Shown here: positions 32,726-46,500 of the stretch, one piece after another
Numbering within the stretch: position 1 is the stretch's first letter
How the letters are laid out: each line of letters starts with the position of its first letter
Origin: Salisapilia sapeloensis CBS 127946
Lineage: Eukaryota; Protista; Oomycota
Length of the DNA stretch: 64,000 nucleotides
Assembly: GCA_023334545.1 (NCBI GenBank)
Contig: JAADVB010000060.1
Coordinates: 1-64,000 of the forward strand
Direction: 5' to 3'
Position numbers and translations under genes: made by a program
The notes under the pieces: generated by a model
What the model was told of the DNA's origin: nothing
Database searches by the model: none
Seen by the model: only the letters and a program-made list of their open reading frames with translations

Positions 32726-35700
32726 ATGGGCGACGAAAGTGAGTACACGCCATCGAAGACGACGGCCAATGTCATTGAAATCCCGTACACGACGCCACAG
32801 CATTCACTTGCGATGCAATCGAGACGGGCACCGGCCGTTCGTCAAGCTCTCGTTGCTTCCAATTGTACGTCTATCGTTTGATTTTCTTTAATGTCTACTT
32901 TGGTCATTAACATGTCTTGTGTCTAGTGGTCAATTGCACCGTCGAGAGCTGGATGACTGCGATCGATGAGAATGCAGGCAAGTGGGAGGAAGGGGAGAGT
33001 GCAGTGGATAAGGAGGTCTTCATAAGCACATTACGCCTTCTCCCAACACTTCGGACGGGAGAAGCGTTCCAACCGGTGGAAGAGACCCTCGATCGGATCT
33101 ACCAGTCCTTCCTCACGGCTGACCGAGGTGACCGCTATCAGCTCGCCATTGCCTGTCTCCCGCTATTACATGGTTCTATGCGAAAGAAAGTAAGAGCTGC
33201 GTTACGACTATGTCTACAGAGTTCCGACGAGAACTCGGAAGCAGACAGTCGCGTCGCAGCAAGTGCCTTGACGACAGCACTCACGGATCTTTTGCTATCG
33301 ATAACTGCCATCTTTGACCTCGAATCATCTAACGTCACGGAAGAAGAGGAAGAGTCGAAGAGTACGGAAGAAGACTTGTCCAAGCCAGCTGCAGACGTCA
33401 TTGCCGAATGCGTGCAAGAAGTTGTGGAGCAATTGTATCGCGATAATGAGCTCGAGCCGGACGCGACGGCAGATTTTGAAGAACACGTATGGCCGTGGAT
33501 GGAAAAGAATGAAGCGAGTGCGATTCCGTGGTTGAAACTCGTAGACCATTCCAAGTGGCCGATGACGAGAAGGTTTACGAAACCAGCATCCAAGGCATCG
33601 AATGCATCTCCCCCACCTTCATCTCATGAAGATGAGAATGGAGAAGAGGAGGAAGGAGAACAAGCAGGATTGAGTTTCCAGTTCTCCAGTGTCGAAGGAG
33701 GAGACGTTAGCATCGGTCCAGAACAAGCGGATATTCTCTATGACTTGCTCCTCCAGTCGGCCTTAACAAAGCTGACGCCTATGACGATGTACGAGACATT
33801 CGTGTGCCACACGGACGACGGATTGTTGGAAGCGGATACGTTCATCGATGCTGTCGAAGAGCTCATTAGCATGACCGGCGTGCCGCATTTGATCCATGAC
33901 AATACTTTTTTGGATATTATCATTGAGATCTTCCGTAGCTACTTGACGAAAGACGGTGTCAAAGTCGATGCGTATGAAGTTGCAGCTGGCTTTAGTCTCT
34001 TTGCATGGGGCTCAAAAAGTGACAAGCTCGGTGCAGCATTCCATTACTTTGATGCCGAAAGCAAAGGTCATTTAGACCGAGCACAGTTCTGGCGTTTCCT
34101 TCGATCCGTCCTGATTATGCTCCTCTACTTGTCTCCACCGGATGAAGCTGCTGTGAGTACGTACGGTTCGATCGTGGAGCTCGTGGATACAGGTGAAGAG
34201 GATATCATGAACATTGTCATGTGTGAATTGGAAGATGAAGAAGATGAAGCTGAGAATGAAGATGCAGGAAAGGACAAGGAGGCACTAGAACCGATGCATG
34301 AATTTGCTTTTGAAGACTTTGGAGAGTGGTATAATGCCGGTGGTTTCACGGCCATGAGCTGGTTGGAGTTGTTGGATTTACGCAAGTGGATCTTTGTCAC
34401 ACCGGACTTTGATGTCGATGGACTTGATGTCCAAGCAGTCGACCCGGCAGTTGCTAGCACGAGGTATTATACCATGAACAACATCCAAGTGGATGTAGAT
34501 GCCGAGAGTGAGACGAATAGCTTTACGGCTGGTGACAATACGTTCACGTACGGTCACGTGATTAAAGAGATGGACGATGAAGATGATTTGGAGAGTAGTG
34601 ACACGAGCTCCAAAGTGCGAGAGAAAGCAGGCTTGTCACATAGTTCATCTAGTGCGAATCTGTCTCGAGCAGGCAGTAACGTCGGCAGTACGATGCCTGC
34701 TATCGTCTTGAAGAACGAGATCGTCCTCGAGTTTGATCTTCCGTTCGATACGACTGACGACTCAGTGTCTGAACTCCCGTTGACGACGCTTAGCTTTGAT
34801 AATGGCGACTTGATCGTGTATAGTGAACTCCAGCGTGTGACGAGACTACGACAGGTTGAGCTCTTCCGTCTCTACGATACGTTCGATCCGTACATGGCGC
34901 CTGGAGCTCCTCCTTATATCGACAAGAGTACCTTTAACACGTGCATTAGCAAGTTGCTACCGAGAGATGTGTCTCCAGGTGTCGCGAAAGCATTTTCGGT
35001 GCATGCGAATACGAGGATTCCGCCTCGAACAGTCGGACGAGGAGAGGATGACAAGATGGTGGCAGATACACTCACACGTCTTTTCTTTGCGTTCAATCGT
35101 GGAGGTATGGGTCAGATTGATCTCGTCGAGTTCCTATCGGCATTCACGATGTTCTGTGCTGGATCAAAGAGCGAGAAACTTGCGTTTGCGTATCGATTGT
35201 TTGATAATGATCGAGATGGATGCTTAAGTCTTCGTGAGATGTGGAAGTACTTGCGATCGTTCTTGACCATGATGCTTGCACTCGGGAACGGATCCGATCT
35301 GTCGGCAGAAGCCATTGCTAGTGTCGCGGATACGACGTCTATCGGTATCACGAACGCTATCTTTATCGACTTGCAGAAGAACACGGGTAGGTCTTCTGGT
35401 GACGGCAACGGTCGTCGTCACCCGAGGTCTTTATCCGACGATGGATTGGACCAGTCGGATGGCAACAGTGGTGTCGTATCGTTCGAAGAGTTTGCTCGAT
35501 GGTACTCGACGGATGGATTTAATATCATCGCGTGGGTCGAACTCTTGGACTCGAAGAAATGGCCAGAAGTGGATCCACAAGTCTCGGACGTCATTCTCAA
35601 GTACATTTGGCGTCAGCAACAAGCGATTGCCAATGCTGCACAACGAACTTCGGATCCAGAATCTACTTCATCAAACGATACAGTGTCTTCGAATGAAAGT

Positions 35701-38700
35701 GGACGTCGCGAACGTAATTCTTCTTTAGATAATTCATATCCCGAGACCGTACGGAGTAACTTGGAGGATAATGAGACTGGCGTGGAGCACCTTGCGCCAT
35801 CCTCTCAGCGTCTATCGAGCTCAGCTAAAGACTTGTCGTCTGTAGCACTCCAATTCCAACTCACGAGTTATGATAATATGGTCCTTCGCATTCGTCTAAA
35901 AGACGTTGCGATCGTCTACACGATCTCGGAACGCATGAACTTTAGTGCCATGTCGATTAATAAGCTAAAGAAATTACTGGACGAACATGCGCATGGACGG
36001 ATGCTGACCAAGACTGGCTTCCTACGTGCTATGCGGCAGATGGTGCCTCGAGAGGAACTCACAAACGACGATCAAGAGTTCCTATCCTTCCATCTCATGC
36101 GTGTCTTTACCTTATTCGAGAGCGAGACATTGCTTGAAGAAGAGGAGGAAGACGGGCAGCGACAGGTGAACTCGATGGCGAGTTCGAATGGTATGTCTAC
36201 GGTACAGAAGCTGCTGCTTACGACAGGGTTGAGTATCTTTTGCGGAACAACTAAGAGTGCCAAGCTCAGTGCACTCTTTAAGCTCTTCGATCCCCAACGC
36301 AGTGGCTTTGTCTCCCGTCGTCAACTGTTTGAAATGCTCAAAAGTATTCTCGTTGTCCTCTTCGCCTTCTCTAGCTACAGTGCCTCCAAGACCCATAGTA
36401 ACGACACGAGTACGTCGAACTCTTGGAGCACGAACTCGGCGGCAGAGAAAGCGGCAGGTGCAGTAGTATCGAAATTGTTTTCCGAAGCTCGATCGAAACA
36501 CTCGGATGCCGTGAGTCTATCGGAGTTTGCTTCGTGGTATGCTGCAGGTGGGTACATGGATTGTCCGTGGCTTGAACTTCTCGACTTGTCCAAGTGGCCG
36601 GCAAAAGAAGCGTTTGAAGCGAGTAAACGGGAGAAGCCTCTCATGTATGCGTTTGAAATGGCGGATGAAGGGAGTATTCTTAACTTTACAGAGCATGATA
36701 TTGCCAACTACTTGTCTGTCGTGACGTCCACCAAGCTCCGAGAGCTTAGTGTCAACAAGGTGTACGATGCTCTATTAGCCTACGCGACTCCGTCTCCAGA
36801 AGAAGTACGAAAGAGGTCGATGGCAGAAGATCCGAGTGCCTCTGGACTTAGCCAAGCCTACTCGTATGCTGCAGTTGAAGAGGATGAAGGTGCTTACCTC
36901 GAGATCACGCGTAGTAACTTTTACGCTTGCATTCGTAGTCTCGTGCCGAAGCAGCATATGCCAGAGAAGTCTCAGAAAGCAGCATCGAAGCTCTTGACGC
37001 GACTCTTTAATGTGTTTGATCGGAAAGGAGCTGGGAGAGTGAATGCATTGGAGCTTGCGTGTGGCATGAGTATCGTCGGTAAAGGCTCCAAGAGTCAGAA
37101 ACTGTCCATGGCGTTTGACTTTATCATGCGCATGCGACAGCAACGACGTCGTACGCTCGGTCAGTTTACGACAAACCTCGGTGGTGTCGATAGCACGGCA
37201 CCTGGCGTCCAGAGCAGTACGAATACAGGTACAGCCACAGGATTTGGTTTCCCCGTCACGAATGGACTTGTGGCGAGTAGTAACTACGCGACAGCCACAC
37301 GTCGAACGAATGCGCAGAATGACGACATGAATGCACTTCCTCACTCGGTGCTCTTCATCTACCTCCGTTCCTTCCTCCTAGCTCTTATGGCACTAAGTGA
37401 CGGAACGTATCGTCTTGGTCTGGAAAAGATTTACGTCGAAGCAGATGACTTTATTGAAGAAGCGATGGGGGATTTAATGACCGACGTGACTAATCAAGGT
37501 CCGAATAACCCACCGACGAGTTCTAGTAACCTCGCTGGATTTGGAAGTGCGCGATCACGTGTCCAAGTCACATTTGAACAGTTTGGCGAGTGGTACAATA
37601 ACGGAGGTTTCCAACTCATTTCCTGGGTCGAGCTCTTGGACGTCGAGAAGTGGGCACAAGAAGCTCAGATGGACCAGACGAACTCGACGGCAAGTGCTGC
37701 GCCACCGACGGCAGGGAGTGTCTATAGCAGACACATGCCGGTGATGGGATCTCAGCGGACGAACATGAGTGTCACGGCGTCTACCCAAGCGATTGAACCA
37801 CTTAAGACAACTTCGTACAGGAGTAAACAGCCGAGTACACGTCGGAAGCAAGTGCGACGTAGTGACATTGTGCTTGCGCCGAAGGAAGGTGAAGGTGGAC
37901 ATGAGTCGGAAAGCGACGGGCATAGAACCAAGGAGCGTCGAGAGTCTCTGGATGATATGGGACTTAATACGGAAGGTCCGGTGATGGTCTTCGCCATTGC
38001 ACCGGATGCTGCAGAGCTCCAGTTCTTCCATGAAGACATCAATCGCCTACGTGTCTTCATGGCGCACACGCAGCTGCATAACATTTCTGCTTTGCATCTT
38101 AGTGGTGCGTTGAGTCAAGCTCTGGACGTTGATGTGAGCAGCTCTGCGCTTTCTCTTGCGCCCGTAGGTACCTTTATGGATGCTGTGGAGCAATTGTGTG
38201 CTGCCAGCAGTGAGACGGGATACCTCACGAATGAATCAGAGGATCTACTCCAGTCTCTCCTTGCTGTCTTTGCACGTGAATCAGGTGAAGAGGAGGAAGA
38301 TGATCAAGTGGATGTCGTCAGTGCCATTTGTGGTCTCATGGTCATCTGCAGCGGCACGATAATCGAGAAACTGAAGTGCGGTGCACAGATGCTGGAAGAT
38401 GATTTGGACGAGAACGCTGTGATTGTGAAGATGGGGACACTTCGAGCGTTGCTAAGTAGCTTCTTGATGGCGTTCTACGGCATTAGCAGCTCGCTAAGTC
38501 CTGAGATTGTACGTTCCTCGGCTGATTTAGGCGCGAGAGATGTCTTACAAGCGTTTGAGAATGTCGAATCCCCATCGTCTTCTACGGACATGGCGACGTT
38601 TGAAGAGGACGTGAAGCCTGCGATGGACGATGCAGACTGGCAGCGCAAGATTTCGCTAAAGGAGTTTAGCGATTGGTTTAGTGAAAGCGGGAACTACTCC

Positions 38701-38784
38701 CTTCCGTGGCTTGAGCTTGCTGAACTCGAACGTTGGCCACCGGCTATTAACGTCTGCGGCACGGATGTATCGACTGGTGTGTAG
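32726..38784 (+). CDS. Giant multi-EF-hand protein built from repeated calcineurin-B/NCS-like modules, 2 exons
   Basis: ATG 32726 and intron 32865-32926 join the 1955-aa ORF. EF-hand pairs such as FNRGGMGQIDLVEFL..KLAFAYRLFDNDRDGCLSLREM. Each module ends in F.(E/D)F..WY..GG....W(L/V)ELLD..KW. Confidence 0.88.
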
Positions 38785-38971
38785 TGCATACGCTTGGACA
38801 CTTTTTAGGTTAATGCTTTTGATTTCAAAAAAAACTATTTCATTCATTTCATCCTACTCGTGTATCCGGAACGACAAACGGAACGTGTATTCGGTACTTG
38901 CGAGAGTCTTTGGCAGTCTGCAAAATAATAGCTTCAAAAGCGACCGCCAAGAGATGCGGAACGTCTCGAGT

Positions 38972-40063
38972 CTACAGATCGTACGATGTACTTGGACGCG
39001 AATACTTGTCGTTACTGCCAGTCGTACTGATCGCGTGCAATTGTTGCAGGTCGGAGTCACGATGCGGCTGGACACCTTGCTGCGTTGAATTACGCGCGGT
39101 TTGTGTAGTGGAATAAAATGCTGTACTTCCCTGGTCTGGTGTCTTGTCGAGCGTTGATTTCTGATCGTTCGGCGGTTCCAGCACGGCGACGGCACTCCCT
39201 CCAGCCTCATCTTCTTCCTCCTGCTTTCGTTTCTTCTCTTGTTGTTTATTCCACAACGCACGTGCGGAGACTAGGATGGAGAAGAAGGCTGCGACTGCAC
39301 CAGCGATCGTGACTGCCCATTTCCATGGAGCCAGTGTGTCACAGGCAGGGGGGTTGGACCAATCGCTCACGCATACGCACTCGTCGTTAATAATGGAAGC
39401 ACGCTGGAGATTGCAGTCGGCGTTTTTATCTTTATGCTCGGATTCTGACTCGTCCTTGCTTTCCTCCTTCTTGTGTGTGGGAGCTGGGGGTGCGCTTTCT
39501 GAACACGTATCATCACCGTCGCCTTCGAGCACCTTGACCTTGACTTCCCCCGACGCGTGTCTGCATGTATCATTTCCCCATCCTCGCATGATGATGTTGC
39601 CAACATTCTTGGGGCAAATCATGAAGTAGTCATCCGCCGTCTTCGCCTTGGAGTCCTGAAGATTCGGTGTATCGGTTTTCTTCTGGTTCTTTCGGATCCT
39701 CAAGAACGTGACTTCTTTGACGTCTTGCCATTGGAACTTAAGCCATTGCCCCGTCTTGATCGTCGGGGTCGTTCCGTCCGAATCGAATTCGACGTCCGAG
39801 GAATAGTCTGGCTGCGAAAAGGTGCCGCAGTCAAAGCAGCAGAGTCCCCCACTTTGGCATTGGCTGAAGACAGTCGGGTCGAAGTCGATGGGTCCGCTGG
39901 CTTTCTGTGTTAGACATTTATCGCAGCACGGGCTATCACTCTTCGAGCTCGAGTCGAGTCGACGAATCCACTGTGTGTACGGGAATTGTTCCTGTGCGGC
40001 CACAGTGACTGTGATTGCACACGCCCATAATCCGAATAGAGTCAAGAATCGTGACGCTTTCAT
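38972..40063 (-). CDS. Single-pass type I membrane protein with Cys-rich ectodomain and EGF-like motif
   Basis: Start MKASRFLTLFGLWACAITVTVAA (signal peptide); CCDKC..C...CCFDC; EGF-like CNLQRASIINDECVCVSDWSNPPAC; TM WAVTIAGAVAAFFSILVSA followed by a basic stop-transfer stretch. Confidence 0.8.
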   Translation of the reverse strand: MKASRFLTLFGLWACAITVTVAAQEQFPYTQWIRRLDSSSKSDSPCCDKCLTQKASGPIDFDPTVFSQCQSGGLCCFDCGTFSQPDYSSDVEFDSDGTTPTIKTGQWLKFQWQDVKEVTFLRIRKNQKKTDTPNLQDSKAKTADDYFMICPKNVGNIIMRGWGNDTCRHASGEVKVKVLEGDGDDTCSESAPPAPTHKKEESKDESESEHKDKNADCNLQRASIINDECVCVSDWSNPPACDTLAPWKWAVTIAGAVAAFFSILVSARALWNKQQEKKRKQEEEDEAGGSAVAVLEPPNDQKSTLDKTPDQGSTAFYSTTQTARNSTQQGVQPHRDSDLQQLHAISTTGSNDKYSRPSTSYDL

Positions 40064-40586
40064 TCTTCGTCTAAGTCGTTGCAATCTGAATCCGAAGTGT
40101 TAGAGAGGTAGCAAGGAGGCAAGCATTCAACGGACGCGCGCTGAGGAGTTGTGCGTCGCACTAGCGTTTGCTTCGAATCGATCGTTACGTAGGTGATTGG
40201 TCCTCAAACCGGCTTGCGCCCCCACTTCTTAGGATTTAACTATGCGACAGGAGGCGTGTCGTCCCTACATCATGTCGTCGATCGTACAGCTTGGCCAAAC
40301 CTACCACTGTCCCGCTCGATGGATGTAAAATCTAAGAGGAGTCTACTGGCGCTACAAGACGATCTTGTCTGCAAGATGACGGACAGACAACACGGACACT
40401 TGTCTACTTCGTGTAACTAGAACTCGTAGACAAAGAAGCTCTGAATTAGATGTGGTATAGAGTGGTCAAGCTTAATCGATCTCTGCGCATACAACAACAA
40501 GAAAAAATATCCATTAGGCGTGCGTAAATCGTGTTTTGTATAAAAATCGATCAACTAAGCTGCGCATCGGATCGGATAAAAAAGCT

Positions 40587-43500
40587 TTACATTCGCCAGA
40601 CGCGGCTGTTGGTCTCGGCCTCGAGCTCCGAGTCCGGAAATTGACGCGATTGCAATAACGATTGAGATCGAGGCTGATTCGCAGGATACGAGATCTGCTC
40701 CTGGAACAGATTGTCCGGCAGATTCTCCAGCTCTTCGATCATCGTGCCTTCATATAACGAATCTTCCTGAGCTGGCATCGTCGGTCTCGTGCGCACTTCA
40801 CTAGTCTGCTGCGGTCCATCCTGATATGTCGCCGAGTTCCGATTAAACGTCTGCGAGTAGTGCCACTCTTGTTCCGTCTGCCTATCACTCGTTGGCGTCG
40901 TGCTCCGATTGTAAGGCGTCGAAGTAGCGTCTGTGCTCAAGCTAAACTGGCTGCTACCACTGTGGGAATGGTGCAGTTCAGGAGGTAGACGCTGACCTTG
41001 CGTGTTGGGTGTAAACGCATTCACAGCTCGAGAGTTCATGATCGCCTGCATGATCCGACGACGTCGTTGCTGGTCCATCTTACCACCACCTGATGCTTTC
41101 GGACCGTCTTCTCCAGCCTCTGCTCTCTGTCGAGCTTCTGCCGCCTCGCGTTCCTTCTGTCGACGCTTCTCTCCCTTGAGTTGAATCGCTCCTTGCTTCG
41201 TACTGGCACAGTAGAGGAAGAGGACGACCGTGAGTGCCATGCAGCAGACGCAGAAGACGAACATGGTGGCTGCGAGAGACGGAGATAAGAAGTAGACGAG
41301 TCCCTGGACAACGTACGAGACGCAGAGTGAGATGCAGAAAAAGAGCGTACGTCGACGCATCGGGAACATCTCGAGAGCCGATAGATTTGACACGTTCAAG
41401 AGACTCAGACCAGACACGACGTAGATCATGACAGCGATCACCTGCACGGACGCATCAGACTTGCCACCCGTCGCAGCGTCTGCGATACCAGCAATAAGCG
41501 ACGCCAGCGCCAGAAACGGCGTAAAGTCCTTGAGGAGTGTCTTGCGCCTGACATTGTCGACCAAGATGCTACCGAACGCTAGACCAAAGCCGCAGCTCAT
41601 ACCAAAGTACATGGGCCAACGGTTGGTAAACGTCCCTTTTTCATCTCCGTCTTCATCTTCCTTCTCGACGGACAGACGTGGGAGCATGGCTTGTGATAAG
41701 AAGAGTCCGAACATGGCTTGCAGACAGATGGTGAAGGCGATGCGGAACGTCATGTTGACGTCCTCGATCTTACCTGTCATCTCGTCTTGCACAGCCTTGA
41801 TATCCGCATCAACTTTCTGTCGCCTACGCAATGTTACGAAGGATTCTCGAGCTGGCTCCGGTTTACCTCGAGCAATGAGCCAGACGGGGCTCTCGGGTAG
41901 GAACCAGAGCGCGACGAAGAGCACGAAGAGCATAGGTGCGACGACGTAGATCGGCTGGAGACACCACGTGTACTGGGGTTTGTTGCTAAACTGTTCCGAC
42001 ATAGAAGTGATATCTGAGCTCGCTTGCATCGAGTTATGGACGAGGTATCCCATCATGGCACCTAAGAGGAAGATCCCGACGCTCTTTCCTCGCCATCCTT
42101 TCGTACAGATCTCAAACGCCCACAGCAGATAGTTCATGAACACCATGGCACTACCGGCATTCGCTAGAGCAATCGATGCTGTGATGACACCAGTGCTCGG
42201 TGTGAAGTTAAGTCCGAGGGAGACGGCGATAAGTATGGCACCAATGCAAATATTCCACTTGCGACCAAGGAGTTTTCCGAGACCGTAGCTGATAGCAATC
42301 GCCAATATGGATGCGACGGCACCAATGAGCTTGGCATATCCGTTGCTCATAAAGTCCAGATAGTTCTTCCCGTCATTTGCAAATGTCTCCGTGACAAAGT
42401 AATAGAAGCTCTTGTTGATAAAGTTGTCACTCGGATCATTTACATAGCCAAGTCCCATTAGGAAACTTTTCATGAAGCCAAAGATGAAGCCGACGAGGAG
42501 ACCCATGAGGATCGCTAGAGAGGCAGCAACTTCCGAACCAGAACTCAATGCACGAGAGAAACCGCCATTGTACATCATACGTGTCTGGAGGATGCGCATG
42601 AACGGGAGTAGGGAGAGAATGAAGAGTGGGAGGACGAGGAAGACACTGACGATGATGTCCATGAGGAAACCAAGAGACGAGATCGGACGCCAGTGCGCGA
42701 CCTTGAAGCCGTAGACGCCGTGCATGGCGACACCATACTGGCAAATGGTGTTGAGGCCGAGGATGATGCACACGGTGAGCGTCACTGCCTTGAGCATGGA
42801 CCATCCGGCGATGAGGCAGATGATCAAGGGAAGGAGCGTGAGGCCAGAGAGCGTGCCGACCATGTACACGATGCCACGGATCATGAGCAGTTTGGACTTT
42901 TGGCGACTGCCCATGGTCATGCTCACCATGCGATTGCCAAACCAGAGCATGAACCACGCACCGAGGATCATGGGCACTAAGAGACCGAGCCATCCTAAGG
43001 AGAATTGTGTCGTGAAGACATAATACATGGCAATGGGGAATCGAAGTTCACGCAGACAGTATGTGAGTCTACCCATGCCTCCGAGGTTGGCATTCAAGTC
43101 CACATCTTCCTTCCACCATTCAATCCATCCGTCTTTCGGGACAGGAATCGTGTGTGCCGTGGCAGGAGCTTCATCCTGTGCGACTTCATCTTCATTTCGC
43201 ACACGCATCATCCAGGCAAACCAGTTGGAGATATCGATATTCGTCTTTGCGAGTACGAGACCGTCGGTATTGAAGATGAAAGGCGCCATGAGCCAGCACG
43301 AGCCAAGCAGCAGGACTGCAAAGGATGCTAATCCAAAGCTCTGTCCACCAGATGATCCATAAGCAGCCAAGTTGGTGATGTTCTCCGGCACTTTCTCCGG
43401 TTCATCTTTACAGTCAAAGTCGGCGTTTTCACAAAAGTCATCGAGAGCATCGACACCGAGGGAAAAGTTGGCGTAAAGACCATAGAGACCCATGATACCA

Positions 43501-46500
43501 ATGAGCTCTACAGCCTTACGAAAGTGAGAGACACCATACTCTTTAAAGAAGCTGACCATCGGGTCTCGCGTGATGTTAAAGCCACGACCAGTTGCACGAT
43601 ATTTACTTCCACCACGTAGCAAGGCAACGTCAAAGAAGTGTGCTTTGGTGCCAGTTAAAAAGACGTAGAAGACGATCCCCATGGTCGCAAAGAGTTCAAA
43701 GATCTGGAAGCAGCCGTTCTTGAAGCCAAACTCGACGACAAGTGTCGCCATGAGTGGGAGTGTCGTGAGCATACCGAACTGTAGAACGTATTGTGTGCCG
43801 AGGACTGCAGAGAGCGATGCCATCGAGTCTGACTTGGCCACAGCATCTTCCTGCAAAGCGACGTGCGTACCAACGTAGAGCTTCGAGTAGGCGTAGACGA
43901 AGACACAGAAGACGGTTAATGCGTTGCAAATGTAGAATCCAAAGTGTCCGTAGAACATCGAGTTGAGTCGGAAGAAATCCAAGTGACTCGACATACGATG
44001 TCCTTCTCGACTCAAACAACTTTCAGCACATCCGTTCGAAAGCTTCGCTTCGAACGCATTGATCTGACTGAGCGTCACGTCTCGACCTTTACCACATTGC
44101 ATGAACTCGACATGCGTAACTAGGCCTCCTCGAAGCGTCACATTGTATCCGCTAAACACATCCTCTGACAAGTTGATACCTTTCGACGCTTTTGAAACAC
44201 CACCACTCGTCATGACAAACGACTTTTCAAACACATCTGGATGTCCATAGTGCATTCGACTGCGTAGAGGTTTCGCCAGCACACGCTGCGTAAGTGTTAC
44301 AAAGACCAGCTCCTGTAGCGTCATGAAACGAGCGAGAGACGATGCACGACCGGTGAAGACGTGCTCTTTCATGCCAATGACCGTGACTTCTTCCCCCGTC
44401 TCGGTGACCGATGTGGCGAGGAAGTTGGGCATCTTGAGACACTCTTCAAAGTAATGCTCTTGGTTCATATCGATCGTCTGGAGGTATTCTCCTCTCGTGA
44501 AGACAAGTGCAACGTTCTGATTCTCTGGTTTACCTTCGCCAAGGATCGGATTACCAGGTAGTTCATATCGATACACTTCGACGATTTCATCTCCTTCCGA
44601 CTTGGCAAGGACACAATCAAATCGTTTGTCACCATCATTCAGTTCGATCGTATCGACGAACGAGACACGCCAGCTAGGATACTTTTTCATGAGATAGTCA
44701 ATGTCATCTGCACGATGGTCACCCTTGGCAGCTTGGGCAGAGTAGATCTGACAACCAGTGATGTACGAAAACTTAAGCGACGAGATGCGGTCCATGTCTA
44801 CTACCTTGTCAGCTTCACTCATATCCGCTGAAAAGAGCTCCATCCAACGTAAGAGACGGATCGCGTCTTCGTACATCATCATGCCCTGCACAGTACGTGC
44901 GAGCGTCTGACCGCGCAGACTCGCCCACAGTCGTACTTCTCTCGGCACAGCTTCCAGTGCTTCATCAAGAGTCGCAAGACCCATGCGTTCTAGAAAGTTA
45001 CTCCACTCTTCAGCGTGGAACGTGATGAGGTACTTCATAATCGACAGCTCTTGCTGTCCCTTGGCCTTTGCATGCTTGTCGACAGCTTCAAAGAGCGGAT
45101 TGCTGTTCACTGGATCGCTTAGCTCGGCAAGTGTGAACATGACCGTCTCGCTATAGTACGGTGTCATGACGCTAAAGGACGGCATGGCTTCGAGTGATGA
45201 GATGGTGGGCATCTCCATCGACAGCGAGTGCAGGAAGAAACCCATGCGACGCTTCGCTTCAGCGCCTCGTGGCAAAGCATTCGATACGTCTAGTTTCAAA
45301 AGGAAGAAGAGACGTGTGCAGCTGGACATGAAGGCTTCTCGAGCGTGTCGAGAAGACGCTTCGAGTCCCATGCTATTCTGTCGCCGAGGCGCAGTGAACA
45401 TAGTACTTTCACCAAAGGCATCTGCTTTATAAAGTGCAAGGAGCTGTTCTTTCTGGAACGTCAAGTCGGACGAGTCGAGGAATGCGACGCGACGGAGACG
45501 CGAGACGACCGTTTCGTCGTTCACCATGAGCTCAATGGTACCGACCATGTCTCTCAAGTGTCGTACGATCTCACTTACTTGCGAATGGAACTCGGCACGC
45601 AGAGGCTCCGTGTCACTCGATGTGCTTTCCAACGCTTCTACGTCTTCCGGAAGATCGAGGATGTCCGTGAGTAGCTCTAGAAGCTGTTCATTCAACGTAC
45701 TCATGTACTGGAAGTCGACTAAAGACATGACGTCTTGAGCACTGACAAAGTAATCGAGGATCTGCAGAACGTTCTCTCCGTCCTTGTCACCTAGTAGCAG
45801 GAAGATAATGTCTCGGAAGAGCTCAACGCCGTGACGAACGGCATCCATAGCCTCGATAGCAGCAATCTTGTTCACTAGATCGGGCGTCGTCTTGACGTTA
45901 TGGCTATGTGCTTCGGAAGCGATTTCAATTGCCTTGGGAAGCTTGCCAGCCAAGAGGAAGATCGGGTCTTCCACACGTTCGCCGTTACGCAGTAGTCTGT
46001 ACTGCAGCATCACTGTCTCGCGGTCGTCTAGCAGATCGTTGAGACGGAAGCTGCTAACGACTTCGTTCCAGATGATGGCAAAGCGTAGACGTTTCATGTC
46101 TTGCAGCACAGGCGTCTCGAGACTCTCTCTATCTCCCATTGGCTTCTGCTTCTTCGCTTGATCACTCGAAATCGTGTTGTCAAAGCGGCTTGGCGCGAGG
46201 TACAAACCTTTTTGTAGATCCAAGAGCGTGCCGTAGTGTCCTAGTTTCAAGCGGAAACCCATGATCATACCGACAACACTCTGGTACAGGATGAACCAGA
46301 TCTGTAGATCGTACATGTACACCACTAGGACAGGTGCCCAAAGCGCTAGGATGAAACCAATGTTATGGTTAGACTCGAGGACACCTTTGGCTTTTTGCTC
46401 TTCCGGAACAGGCAAGTCCCAAATCTCGACTGATGGACCGACTAGAGGCTTGATCATGAGTTGGAGACTAAAGAGGAATTTACAGAGGAAGATGACGGTC

